A DNA stretch of 64,000 nucleotides from an uncultured bacterium (GCA_949294395.1 CASFGU010000023.1:21-64020), one strand, 5' to 3'; positions 35,119 through 50,100 are shown, counted from the stretch's first letter. The notes: a model not told the origin generated them from the sequence alone. Program-made: numbers and translations.

Positions 35119-38100
35119 TTATAACTGACTGGTGTAGCTGTCTTTCATTGAATTTGCCCTGCGTAAATTCAGATAAAGAATTTTGTTTGCAGTAGCCTTG
35201 TCAAGGTTGATGAATTTGACACCGGCAAGTTCATCTTTTGTCACGCGGACAACTTCAACTTCGACATCTATTACCATATCTTCGTAAAGAATTTTTACTC
35301 TTGCGGTTTCACCGACTTTGAGTTTCCGTTCTTTATTATCAATCAGAGCGCCTGTCTTTGAAATATCGTAGATAGGTACATCCGATTTTATGTTTTGTCC
35401 TTTTGTCGGGAATCTCATAGAAACACGTTTTGTCGCTTTATATGTTTCTTTGTCAATTTCCTTAAACTCAGGAGTTGTTGTATTATGCTGAATCTTCATA
35501 TCTTTATAAGTCAATCTTAAGAAACTGTTTTCGTTGCCGAATAAATTGACTACTTCATAAGGATTGTAATTAACAACCGGCGCCTGAGTTTTAAGAACAA
35601 CAAGATTGCCCATATCAAGTCCGAATGAACCGGTCTTTTGAGTGTACAACTGTACTGTAGAATCAACGAGTCTGCGGAAATCATTATCAACTACAGCCAG
35701 CCATCTGTAAACATAGTCGCTGCCGTAACTTCCTTCTCCGCCGCGGTTCCCGTTGCGGAATTCTGCGTAGTTATTTATGATTGCATCCCTTATGGTAAGA
35801 TTTAAGTCTTTTGTATCAACGTAAGCATCGTTTGTATAAATTTTATTGATATTCATACCTCTGTTGTAACCGGTATCTGCACTTCCTGGAGCAGTATTAA
35901 CAGAAATTGCAACATCGTCGGCAAGATATGCGTTTCCGTCCGGTATCTGAAATTCATTATTGAAAATTTCAATTGTTTCAAATTTAGTTTTTTCATTATA
36001 AGTTCTTGTTGAGGTATCGCCTCCGTTTACGTCTGCAACAAAGTCTTTATTTACACCCTCAATATCAAATGAGAGTTTAGCACCTTCTCCTACTGTGTTG
36101 AAACCTGTTGCATAGTGTCTTTCTCCGTCAAGTTCATAAGAACCGTTCTCTTTCGGATCAAATCCGTCAGGGTGATGAACTGTACTTACATCTGATGCTG
36201 CAGCATCATAGGCGTTAGCGTAGATGTTATCAGCCATTAATGACACATCAGCTTTCTGGAATGTCTGTCCGTTTACATCTTCATATTCTCCCTGACCGTT
36301 ATTTGCGCCTTTTACGTAAGCGTTGTAGATTTTGAGAGTAGAATTTGCATCCGCGCCGCCGTCAAGGTCAAGAACCTCGATTGCAATTGTCTGCGGAACA
36401 ACACTGTCCTCCCCGCTGCCGAGTTTTATCAAATCGTGCGGATAAAGCAGGTCGTCCATCGGATCTTCAAAGCTTGTGGTCTTTCCTATATTATAGATTG
36501 TTAAATCTTTTGCCTTGCTTAGCAGGTGCAGGTGATTCCCTGATGTAATCTCGTTAATTGTTGCTTCCGAGCCCAGAGTAAAATCAATAGAACCGCGTTT
36601 TGATATAAGCTGCCAGATGTTTGTAGGGTTATCAGATTTAACATTTTCTAGCTTAATATCATTTTCAGCTTCAAAGCTTACCCACGAATCCGGATTTACA
36701 TCAGTCCTCTGTGTGTATGTTAATGCCTTTTCACCGCCTATTTCATTGCTGGAAATAACAGAGATATTCTGCCCTTCAATATTTGCGCCGCCGTCTGTTG
36801 CAGCATTGGTAATTGAATAGCCTCTGAAATACTCTTCATCATCAGGTGTCGGGTTCTGATCAGGCTGTCTCCAGTCAGCGGCTGTAAGGATTACATTGCC
36901 GTCGGCTTTGATATGGTTAACTTTCATATCAGAAGCTTTGCTTCTCAGGTTGACTAATCTGACACCGTCGGGATTAGCGTCGCTGTTTATTGCGTTTGCG
37001 GTAACAGAGCCGCCTATGTTAATATTAAGTGTTTCTGTGTAGTCTCTAGTCGGCGCGTTAACACTGAAACCAGGGTTTGCATCATCAGTTGCCCCGATAT
37101 TTCCGTCGATAACGTTCATAATAAGGTTAGAAGAAGCCGCGAGCATTGTCTTATCAGCGCTGTTGTTCCCTCCGTAATTTAGAACATCCCCGCCTGTCTG
37201 GTTTATTGTAATGCTTCCGCCAGACTGAACATTATTATCTGTATTGTCGTGACCTATTACTATATCAGCCCCGCTGCTTGTAAGCGTTATATTGCTTGCA
37301 TTTGTTGTTGCAACTTTGCCGTCAATATCCATACCGCCGGCGCCTGTGTTTTTAACTTCAAGTTCGCCGTTGTCGTTTTGGACAGTTCCGGTTTCTGTTA
37401 CCTTCAAGGCTGCGTTGGTGTTTTCAACTTTTGTAGCACCGCTCTTGTTGTTGATTAACCCGGCAATTTCCATACCGCCGTCACCGCTGTTTGTAACTGT
37501 AGTCTGTCCGTTGTTATTTACAATCTGACCGCCATTTTCAACAGTCAATTTGCCTGCAGTGTTGGAAACTGTTGTTGTGCCATTGTTGTTGTTAACAAGA
37601 CCTGTAGAGGTTACTGTCATTCCATCCTGACTGTTATTTTTTAATACGTTAGCACCGTTATCATTATGTACAGTACCTGAAATTGTAGCACTGCCGTTGT
37701 TGTTTGTAAGGTTATTGGTGCCGTTTTTGTTTGTTACAAGTCCGCTTTCGGCAATTAATAAGCCTCCATCGCCATTATTTGTGATGTCTGTTGTTCCTTT
37801 AGCATTTTCAACGGTACCTTCAATATTAAGTTTAGCCTTTTCATTAGTAATCTTAATATCACCTTCTGTAGCCGCAACTTTACCGGTTGAGGCAATATCA
37901 AGTCCTGAGGCACTCTGGGCTGTAACGTTTACATTTCCTTTGCCGGAATGTTTAATCAATCCTGCAATAGAGAATTTACCGGCATTTTCAGTATTTTTAA
38001 CATTAATGGTGCCGCTTGTGCCGTCTGCAACAACCTGTCCTTTTTCAGTTACTGTCAAATCTCCGGCATTATTTGTAATGTTAAGTTCTCCGCCGTTTGT

Positions 38101-41100
38101 GTTGGATACAATACCGGTATCTTGAATTGTAATACCGCCTTCTGCATCATTTGTAAGGTTTGAGGTGCCTTCTGTGTGCATTAAGCCTTCAACAACAATA
38201 CCGCCTGCAGTTTCGTTTTTAATTGTTGTATTGCCGAGCGCGTCAATTGTTGCAGTCTGCACACCTTTTTCATCAAGTTTATTCAGAATATTTACACCGT
38301 TTTGCGATGTAATATTCAATAAACCTGTGCCGTCATCCTCTTTTTTGCCTTTTGCATTTTCAATCAATCCTTTGACATCAACAGTGCCGTTTGAAGTGAT
38401 TGTTGTGTTTGCAAAATCATGTCCCTGATTAATAACCTTGTTGCTTTCCTGTTGAATGGTTCCGTTAATTGTGTAACTGCCATCCATTCTGTTGTTTGCA
38501 AGGTTGTTTACAACAAGTTTGTTATCAGTATTATTTGTAATTGTAATATTACTGTAACCGTCTGTGTATCTGACTTCGCCTTCGCCGGAAACTGTACCGT
38601 TAAAGGTTACATTTCCGCCTTCTGTGGAAGTGTTAAACACTACGATTTCTTTTTTACCATCGCCGTCTGCGTCAGTGTAGAGAATTTTGATATTGTTGTT
38701 TTCGCTCAGGTAATCAGAAACATCAGCTCCCTGAAGATCAATAACTTCTGTGTCATTGCCGGCAGAGTCTTTGACGAAATGAGTTAACATATCATCTGTA
38801 ATTGTAATGTTTCTATCTCCGTAACCTGCCTGAACTTTTCCGTTGTTGACAATAGAATTTGCATTTACGGTTACATTTTTGCCAGCAAGTATCCGGTCGC
38901 CGTCATTCAGTGTAAGCTCTCCTGCCGGAACGTCAAATGTCACATTCCCCTGCGCCGCAACAATATCTTTTGAGTCCGCGTTGATAATGTTTTTGAATGT
39001 AATATCTCCGCTTTCATTCAACACATTGAAACCTCCGGCATTGTTTGTTATCACGCCGTTAAATAGTATGTTTGAAGTTATTGCGTTTGAGATAAGCGAA
39101 TTTCTGCTGTCATAGTAGTTGTTGATTATAATATTATCTTTAACCCTGTCATTTCCATATTCTTTTACAAGGCTAACATTATCGTTGACTTTTTCTCCGG
39201 TTACGGCAAGATTATCAAGGTTTTCGCCGTTTACAATAAATCCTGTATTTCCGTAGCTGAGCGCAATATTATTGAAGATTAAATCATAATCGGAATAATT
39301 TTCAATAAATACACTTGAGCCGAATATTTTAAACAGTCCGTTTCCTGTAATATCTTCCCTCAAAATTCCGTTCAACTCGATTTTTGAAGGTTCAGCCGCA
39401 ATGTTGTTAAATTTTATTGAATTGTTGTCTGTTGTAACATCCGGAAGCGGGTTTTGAGTAAGATATTCAATCTGTGCTTCAAGAGATGTTATTGAATTAT
39501 CTAAATCTGAAACATTTTGGGAAATTGTTTCATTAATTTTTGTGAGATCTTCAAAAGCTGTGTTGATACTGTCATAACTTGATTGAAGCTGCGCTTTATA
39601 TGTTTCATCTTCACTATCAAATACCAGTTTGCCGTCATATACAGATGTTTCAACACTGCCGATAGTTGTTGTTGTCATCTTAGCACTTTCGGTATCGATT
39701 GCATTGTTCAACAGCGTAATCTGAGCATCTGTTAGTCCGGATTCATTTTGTAAATAGTTATTTATTTCTTCATCAGTAAGGTTTGCATCGGTTAATTTGC
39801 TGTATACTTCATCAAATTTTTCCTGAGAAATCTGATTTTCTCCATCCCCGACAATTGCACTTTGAATATTATTTTTGGATTGTGCTGCAACTTCAGCTGA
39901 TGTGATTGTATCTGTATTGTTATTTATGTCATCAAGGATACCCTGAAGCTGTTCAAGCTGCTGTTCGTACAAAGCAAGCTGTTCTTTATTTGTTTCTTCA
40001 GTTGTGTTAAGTCTGTTTTTCTGTTCTGTAAGATAATCTATCTGATTTTGAATTTCATTTTTTGCATCCTCTGTTAACTCTGAACCGTCGATAGTCCCGC
40101 CTTCAAGAATTTCATAGTCCTGATTAGCTATAAATCCTTCCAGTTTTTCTTGAACAACATTGCCGTTTTCGTCGATCAGCATGTATTTGTTATAGCTTTC
40201 TCCGGCTGTAACCTCGCCATCAAGAGCAAGAGAGTTATTAATAGCCTGATTAATATGTGAACTGCTGCTTGATTTTGTAATAGGGATACCAAACAAAAGT
40301 CTGCTTATTTTTTTAGAATTAATTTGAGATGTTAGCGTGTTGTTTCCATTGGAGTAGTTTACTAAAACATCTCTGCCTGAGGATATTTTAGCGCCGGTTC
40401 TTATGTTGAGTGCATTGTTTGTTGTGTAGTTAAGATGTCCGTCAGCTTCTCCTGTTGCAACAGCTGCTTCAATGAATAAATCAGCTTTTTGGACAAGAGT
40501 ATTAATTGAATTTTTCATAAAGTCAATCTGAACTGCTTCCCCGCCGTTAATCTGTCCTTCAAGATTAATAGTATTATTTATCGTTAAATCCAGATAGGAT
40601 TTTGACATTGGATCTCTGAAACCAACGTGATTAGCTTTTGTATAAGTTTCCGAGCTTAATTCATTTGAAGAATCCTGTGAGATTGATACATAATTTCCGG
40701 AAAGAACGGTATCTGCTCCGAGAATATCAAGAGTATTGTTGTTAGTTACAGTAAGGTTTGATGTAGCTCTATTCCTGTTTGTAAAGCCGGAATGTTCTGT
40801 CTTAACAAACTGGTGGAAAGTACTGTCCGTATTTTGTTTTACATCAAGTTTGTTTTTAGCCTGCAGTTTTGAATTCTGAATTTTAATTTTGTTATTCTGG
40901 GTTATTGTATTGTTGATAGTAGCACCTGCATCTGTTGCAAAACCACCGGCATCGTCATCATACTGAATAAGCCCAAGTGAGCCGAAATCTACATCAGATT
41001 CTATATTTATATCATTCGCCTCGATTGTAGAGTTAGAAATATTGATAGCTTCTGTGTTTTCGTTATATTTAATATCGTTGCTCAATGTTCCGCCGTTAAT

Positions 41101-44100
41101 TGTTGTAAAGCCGGCTGAATTGGAAGTTTTTTCCATAGCAATCTTGTTGCTGCTGTCAACTTTGAGATTTACATTTCCGTTTTCTGATTTTATTTCAGCA
41201 TTATTTACGGATATGTTATTTGATGTGTTAATGTTGTTTTTAGCGCTGCCTTTCGCAATTGCGGCGAGGGCTGCAGAATTTTCACTCAAATAAGTTTCTG
41301 CCTGGTTCAATGCGTTTGATGTAAGGCCGAAATTGTTTTTAACCCCTACTTTGCCGGTAGTATTAATATCTGAACTGCCTGTTGTTTCGGTTAAAATATT
41401 ATATATTCCGGCAGTAACCAGTCCTCCGCTTTTCGTCTTCATTGTAGAATATGCGTTTCTGTTTACGTTTGAGGTAATCGCAACACTGTCTGCTGTAATA
41501 TCTCCGTTAAGATTTACAGATGTATTTGAATTAACTTTTGCGTTTGATTCATTAACAGAACCACTCACAATTGATAGATTTGCACTAACCATTTCATTAT
41601 GTGCATTTGATGTATCGTTCATTTCAATAGTAATATCTTTAGCGATTTCACTTCCGCCGGCGAGTGTTATAGATGAAGTTCCGCCGACTGTTGAGTTTAA
41701 GCTAAGTGTATTTACTGAAACAGCACCTATTGAACTGCTTGTTGAACCGGTTTTTGCGGTTTTATTCAGGTTTGAAGCGAGTTTCATATTGTTTGCTTTA
41801 ATGTTATTTGCATTAACATTAACGTTGGAATCGGCATTTACTGTTGCATTCTGGGTTGTTACAGAGGCGAGGATAAATCCTAAATCTGCCGCTTTTGAGA
41901 ATACTTCCGCTGTTATTGCTCCGGCAAGTGTATTATCAGCTGCATTTACGCCTGATAACACATTTACGTTGTCTGCTTTTGAAATCGTAAGGTTAGGATT
42001 ATTAATAGCAGCTGCGAACGTAGCGGAAGCCTCAGAATTTTGCTCGCTGCCGCTGACGCCGATTGCGGTTAATGATCCGAGATACATTGTAGTACCTGTA
42101 GTTATACCGTTTGTAGCAGCTACTATATTTAAGTCGTTATTTAATGCAATATCGCCTGAGGCGTCTATTATCGCGTTGGTTACGGCATTGGAAACAGCAG
42201 AATTTACAAGAATTCCGACTGAAATACCTGATGCCTGATATGCCTGCATTTCTGAATTTAAAGAGCTTGTATTATTAGCTTTTACGTTCAAATTGTCAGC
42301 ATCAATATCAACTGCACCTGTAACAAGAGCTTTTGTATTGTTAGTTGTTTTTACATCCGCAACAACAGCATTCACGCTTGCTCCGGAAATTCCGGCACCG
42401 AATGCTTTTGCGGAAATATTATCTGTTGATTCAGCAATTACATCAATATTACCTGCCTGAACTTTCCCGCCGTTGATTTGAGCGGTAGTCTGCGCATTGT
42501 TTCTGAAATATGCAACATTTCCGCCGACGGACACGCCGCTTAAAGATGCCTGATTTGCACTTGTATTAGCATTAATATTATTTGAAGCTTTAACTGAAAC
42601 TTTATTGCTTCCGGCGTCAACATTACCGCCCAGTGAAGCGTTAGTTTTATAGTTCATATTTGTAACAAGTACGTTTGCAGCAAGCGCGCCTAATCCGATT
42701 GCGGCATTCTCATTTGATTTCTTAAATTGAAGTGTATTTGAAGCATTAACGTCAACCGAACCGTTTGAAGTAACATTTGCATTGACATTTGCGGAAGTTC
42801 CGCCTTTTGAACCTGTTCCTGCAAGTTCAACCGAACCTGAATTATAGCCCGCACTTACTTTATTCCCGTCTTTATCAACAATTTGAAGATTGTTTAATAC
42901 GGAATCGTTTCCGCTGACTGTGGAATTTGCCGTTTCTTGAGTTGTTGTAACAGCATCAGAGTTATCAGCAACAAGATAACTATTTGTATCACTATCCGAG
43001 AATTTAGAACCGATTGAGGTAACTGAAACAGAACCCGCCATGCCGGACATTCCGGCAGCTGCGGAAGCAGTTAATACATCAATATTTAAATCCGATACGG
43101 CATCAACGTCCAGAGAACCGACGTTTACTGCACTATCAGAATTTACTTCCGCAAGTACGGCATTGTTTATGATATTTACATTTGAGGAACCTGCAGCAGC
43201 TCCTGTAGCTCCGACAGCAGCAACACCTGCTCTTGCTGTTAAATCAAAATCTTCATAAGCGTTAACTTTTAAAGCTCCGTTTGTCGAGATTTCTTTCCCG
43301 CTGTTATTTATCTGTGCTTTAACTTCATTTTCAATAACATTTACGTTCACTGATAATCCGCCGGCAAAACCGCCGCCTGCCGCTGTATAGTTATCAGAAG
43401 TAACTGCAGTTTTATTCTGCGCATCGAGAGTAATGGATGAACTTTTTGAAACTGCAGAGTTATTGATTTCTGCTGTGTTTTTATTTGTCAGAACATTCAC
43501 AATAGAACCTGTACCGGCTGCAACGGCTCCGCCTGACACATTAGCATAAACAGCCTTAACCGTTGTATCCTGATCGGTTGTAATATTAACCGCACCATTA
43601 CTTGATACTGTTGAATTTGAAACTCCTGCATAGAGTTCATTTTTAACAGTGTTAACAAGTGCGGACACATTTACCCCTGCAAGCCCTGAAATTGCAACTG
43701 AGAATGCATTGAAATCAAGTTTCTGATCAGATTTTGCATTGACTGTAAGTGAAGTTATATCATTAAGAATCGCATTGGCAATATAAGCCTTTGTTCTGTC
43801 CTGAATAATATTCGTAACCCCGTTAGCGTTCACACCAACAGCAAGACCGCCAAAATTCGCACCTGCAAGCCCGCCTGTCATTTTATCAATCTGCTGGGCA
43901 TTAACCTTCCAAGTTCCGCCGTTAACAGTTACCCCGTCAACGTATGAAAGAATATCATTATCCATAACGTTTGCGATAACCGCTAACCCGATAGCCGCAC
44001 CAATACCGGCAATTCCGGCAGATGCAAGATTACTGCCCATTGTGATGGAAGATTCTGCTCTGACGTTTGAATTGCCCGCTACATTAATATTCTTATCCTG

Positions 44101-47100
44101 TGTTCCCGTAATTGCCGCGGTCAAATCGTTGTTAACCACGTTTGAAATCACATTAGCGCCGATTTGTCCGCCGACACCTGCAACTCCTGCAGCAGCAATT
44201 AAATCAAACACATTAAATGTATTTTTGGCATTTACGTCGAGTGAGTTTGCAGTAATATCAGAGTTTTCAATTTTTGCTTCCGTATTTGCAGAATTCTGGT
44301 TTGTAATAGCCAGACCCTGAACATTTGCGCCTTCTCCAGCAACACCTACTGAGGCACTCATTGAGGCTATATTATTTGTACTGGAAGCTTCCACATCAAC
44401 ATCTCCGGCACGTTTATCCGCACTGCCGATTGTTGAATTTGAGATTTTAGCGCTTGTTGTATTAACTGTGCTGTTTTCATTAACATATCCTGATACAACA
44501 GCCGTTGCAGACGCTGCAACTCCGCCCATGATTCCGTTAAGAGTATTTGTATCATGAGCCTTGACAGATACATTACCGTTTTTAACAGTTGTATTATCAA
44601 GTAAAGCGTTTGTATCGCCCCTTACGACATTTACAAGTGCTGTTCCTGAAACTGCCGCAGTACCGGAGGCAGCAACGCTTCCGACAGCGTCATATGTCAC
44701 TGTATCCGAGGTGGCAAGAATATTTAAATTACTTGAATTTTCTATAACAGAATCTTTAACACTTGCATTAACGTCATTAATAATAGTATTAACAACAGCA
44801 GAGCCGCCGACTGCAGCAGTTCCGGCTGCAGTTACGTTAAGTGCCGAAATTATAGGGGTATAACCTGAAATATCTATTGAAGTCGAATTTCCAGGGTCTA
44901 AACCCAATAAAGTTGTATAAAGTCCTGCTTTATCCCCATATTTAGTTTTGTTGTAATCCTGAGAAGCTTTTACATCTATATTATGTGTCACATCAAGGAT
45001 AGCGTTATCAACAGATGCGTTTACGTGTGAATTTATAACATTCACAATACCGAGCCCTGCAACATCTGCTGTACCTGCAGCAGACACGAGAGCCGTTATT
45101 GCGCCGACAGATTCTTCCGAGCGTGCGTTTACTTCAAGACTGTTTGCTTTTATGTTTGTTTTGTTTGTGGATGTTTCTTTGCCAACATTTGCGTTTACGT
45201 TATTGTCAAATGTATTAACAAAAGCAACTCCGCCGACAGATGCTGTGCCTGAACCTGAAACCGCAAGGTTGTCGGACTGAGAATCAACTGTTTCTGACGC
45301 AATAACTTTTACGTCACCTGCTTTTGAATTTTCGCTTATTCCGCTGATTTGTACATTATCACCTATTGAAGCTGATGTTGTATTCACAACCGTATTAACA
45401 TTAGCGGAACCGTTAACAGCAACATTACCTGCGCCGCCTCCGATTACCATAATAGTTCTTATAACTTCTTTATTTTCAGCTTTTACATTAACGTTTCCAC
45501 CTGTTTTAATAACAGCATTATCCCCGATAGACGCCGAAGTTGTACCTGTCACTACATTTACAAATGCAGAACCGCCTACAGCTGCCTTTCCGCCTGCAGT
45601 CAAACTTCCGACAATTGCGTTTATGATTACAAAGTCGTCTGCCAGAACATCAACTGCACTTGCAATAATTTCTGTATTATTGCCGATTGAAGCAGTCACA
45701 TTATTATTTATAACCTTTGTGATAATAGAACCGCTGACACCTGCTGTTCCGCCGCCAACAAGGTCATAAGACATCTGCCAGCCGTCAAGAGATGAGACAT
45801 TATTATCATCAATCAATTTTGCAATATCAGCAATATCTGTTATAATATAGTTTCCGTTATCGTCTTTTTTGCCGCCTGATGCGTTTTGTGCAGTTGCGCT
45901 TACTGTAACAGCCCCATTTTCTGAATCTACAATTGTGCCGTCATTAATTTTTGCGCCTACTGTTTTATTAAGTACATCAACCGCAATAGAGCCGCCTATA
46001 CCAACTTTAGAACTTCCTGCAAGAGTTCCGCCTCTTGATACCATATCGGAATTATCGTAAGCGATTACATCAAGTCCGTTTGAAGTTATTCTTCCGCCGG
46101 CTTCTGCAAGTGTGCTGTTAGTAAGTACGTTTGCCGCGACATTTGCCGCTGCCGCGAATTTACCCGTAGATATAGTGGCCGCTGCCGGAATTATATTAAG
46201 ATTTTCATAAGACTGAGCTTTTGCACTCACCTTACCGCCGGCAGTAACTGTAGAATTAACTTTTGATTGAGTGTCGTTTGTATAAACATTTGTAATAATA
46301 TTCCCGCCGAGAGCATTGCCCTGACTGCGTGCAAGTCCTGCAACGGCAGTAATTCCCTGAATATCGTTTTTGTAGTTTGCAATATTTGATACGGCACCGG
46401 TTGAATTAATTGAGCCGCCTGTAATGTATGAGTAAATATCACTGTTCAGGACGTTAACAATGGCGTTTGCCATAGCGGAACTTGCACCGCTTGTGTTAAG
46501 CCCCATATTTACGGCTAAGAATTTCAGAACCTCAATCTGGTCTGCGTTGACCGATACAGATGCAGAATTTGCGATTGTACTGTCTGCGATTTCAGCTTTC
46601 ACCGCGTTATTAATAACGTTCACAACTGTTCCGAGCCCGACTCCCACTCCGCTTGTTGAAGAGGAGAATTGTGCTGAACCTGCAATGTTGGAATTTCTTA
46701 TTTCAGAATAAGCAGATGTATTTATATCTCCTGCGGCATTAATTGTTGAATTGTTTATTGCTGCAGTAATTGTGTTTCCTATAACATCGACCCCTATAGC
46801 GCCGTCAAATGAATACGACGACGAACCTCCGGCTATAACAGAACCTGCTGCGCCGAAAGATATTATATCATCAGTTTTTCCGCCGCGGTTGTTTGCTTTT
46901 ACATTTACATTTGATGCGTTAGAAATCGCTGTATTATTTGTGATTTCTGCGGTTGTGGATTTATCGAGAATATTGATATTACCCGCAATTCCGGCGCCTA
47001 TATTTGTATTTGAGCCTTTGGTCAAAGTAAGTCCGCCGGCACCTTTATAGCCTTTTGAGTAATTGTTTGCGATTACGTTAACATCAGCATTTCCGCTTTT

Positions 47101-50100
47101 CCCTTCCGCATTTTTAATTGTTGCATTTGATACGGAAGCTTTTACATCGTTATCAATCACTGTTGCATTGAATGAACCGCCGACAGCAGCTTTTGTGCCG
47201 CTCTGTGAATTTGATGCGGCTCCTACGCCAAGCGCAACATCTATATTATTGTTATCTTCATTAGCTTCAACATTTAATTTTTTATCGCCGTCTGAGGTGA
47301 AGTTTACGGTTGTACCGTTCAAAAGAGCATGAGTTGAACCGCCGCGCGATGAAACATTGACTGCCGCACCGGCTCCAAGATTTCCGGCTTTTGAAAGTCC
47401 TGTTGCAATATTCAGATTCTGGTTATTTTGAGAGGCTTTTACATCAAGATTTTTACCTACATTCACGGTTCCGTTTCCAATAGAAGCCTCAACTGCAGTG
47501 TCATTTGATTCAACGGTTACAACACCTGCTGCTGCAGCCGAGAAATTATTTGAAGCAGTAGATGCGTTTGCTGTTGTTGAAAGCGTAGTAGCTCCGGCAA
47601 GAGCCTGTCCCTGTGAGGTTGTGCTTGTTACTCCGTCTTTTATATCAGTCTGATTCTGATCATTTGTACTGTTTAATGAATCTTTTACATTTTCATCTTT
47701 TAAATTATCAGTAACAGAACTTCCTGACGCATTTGCAACTGCATCGTCCTTAGAAGATGTCTTACCTTTAATTTTATTAACAATAGAAGAAATTTTGTCC
47801 TGCCATCCGCCAAAACCATTGGTAGATTGATTATCTCCTGTCTGTTGTGATTTATCGACAGTTACACCGCCGGCAAAAGCGCCTGCAAATCCTATATTCA
47901 TAGCCTGTGATGAGGCTGCGGCAGTAACTGAAGCATTCTCAGCAGCCGTAACAGTTGCGCCGTCAAGAACTTTTGCGCTCACATTTTTATTAACATTATT
48001 AACGATTACAGTAGCACCTACAGCACCGCCCGAGGACGCCTGAGAAGTTTGAGAACCGCCTGTTTCACTCTGTTTTGAAAGTGAACCTCCAATATTTAAA
48101 ACGGAAGTCTTATCCGTAGCTGTTCTTTCATCATTCATTAAGATTGAATTATTGGTTAATCCTGATTTATCTTTAACTGTCGCAATCTTACCTTCGCCAG
48201 CTTTTACATTGACATTTTTAGCGCTGACTTTTGCATTGCTTCCAATTTGTGAAGATGTTTTTCCAGAAATATCCTGTACCAGAACAGAACCAGCAAGCGC
48301 AAATTTGTCTGATTTAGAACCTGTTGCAATAGCGGAAAGATAGGCAGCTTCATTTGCCGAATATAAACCGACCTCGCCGTTTACAGCATTAATAACTGCT
48401 GAGTTTCCGATAAGAGCCTCTGCATTATTTGTAAATTCATTAATAAGAACGGAGCCTCCCAAGCCGACTTTACCGCCGGATGCACTACCTCTGAAAAGTT
48501 TGGTTATATCACCGGCTCCGTTATAATTTACAACGGAATTTACGGAATTAAGGATAACACTGCCGTTATTTGAGGTAACAGCAGCACCATCAGAAATTTT
48601 TGCCATTGTGTTATTGGCAATTGAGTTATAAACCACAGCACCTGAAGCCCCGACGCTTTCACCGGCAGCTGAGGCAGATGCATGGTTATTAAAGAGCAGG
48701 TCATAATCAAATGTTTTGTCATCAGGTGTCGCAAGTTCAAATTCAGCATCTGACAAATCTATACCTGAATAAGAGTTTCCATCCGTATTTGAACCGTTAA
48801 ATCTTGTAAAATCCCAGCTTACGTCAGAACCTGTCGAAAGAGCAAAGCCGTCACTGACAATCTCTTTATCTCCAATTTTGACATTAAGTCTAAGGCTTGC
48901 CAAATCCAGCGGGAGTTCGGTCGTAGCATTAACTTTTACATCCTGCCCTGCAGTAACGTTCGCATTCTGCCCGATTACTGCATTGGTGTTATTTGTCTGG
49001 GAATTCACAACAACTGCAACCCCCGGAGCAAATTTTGCACCGTCTGTTGCTTCCGATTTTGCACTGTTTTTGGTGTAATCAACCGTATTTGCATTTACAG
49101 TAACATTGTTACCTGCATTGACCTCGGCATCATTTCCGATTTCTGCAGTTGTATTGATTATGCTGTTATTCAAATTAACAACACCGGACATTTCAACTGC
49201 TGATGAGGACGGAGCAGATGTAGGATTATCTTTATTTGCGCTGCTGCTGCTTAAACCGCCCAGCATTCCTTTTATCTTACCGATTACTCCGTTTGATTGT
49301 GCGTCAGTGGTACCTTCACTCTTAGTTGCATCGGTATCTTTTGACGCATCATATTTACTGCCGGCTGTTGACAATTTAGTATCTGATATATGGAGATTTT
49401 GAGCGCTCACATTTACGCTTTCAGTTGTGTTAACTGTTCCATTTACAGACGCTTTTGTATTTACCCTGTCATTTTTTATTAAAAGGGAAATTCCTGCGGT
49501 TGAACCGGCTTTTTCTCCTTGATCCTGATATTTAATATTATTGTCAATTTTTATATTATTTTGGGTATTATTTACCGCACCCGCATTCAAATTTTTTGCA
49601 GCTACAGTCGAATCTTTATCAATATTAACAAGCGTATCTGATTTTGAGGTGTGATTTACTGCCATTAATTCATAAGAATTTGCATTCTGACCTTTTAGTG
49701 TAGAGATAAGCTTATTAGAGATTTTGATATTGGAAATATTCTGAGAAATTGCGGCAGTTGTGACATCTCCGCCGGCATTTATATCAGAATTTGTTATATT
49801 TATTTTTGATAAGGTTTCGTTCCCGAGAGCATATACATTCGCTTTGCTGTCCGATAAATTGTTTTTTGAAATCTCAGTATCCGCAACCGCATTTGTTGCA
49901 ATCGTTATATCTCCGGAGGAATTAATTTCCGAATTAATTATGTCAATAACTGCATGTGCTCTGGCGCCCGTAAAATCATCATAAGCGCCATTTTCTGACA
50001 TATTGAAATACTCGTTGAAATTTATAGCTGCATCAAGCATGGCACCTTTTACATTCCAGATTGAAGTATCCAGCTTGTCGGAAGCCTGCGCAAGCATTTC

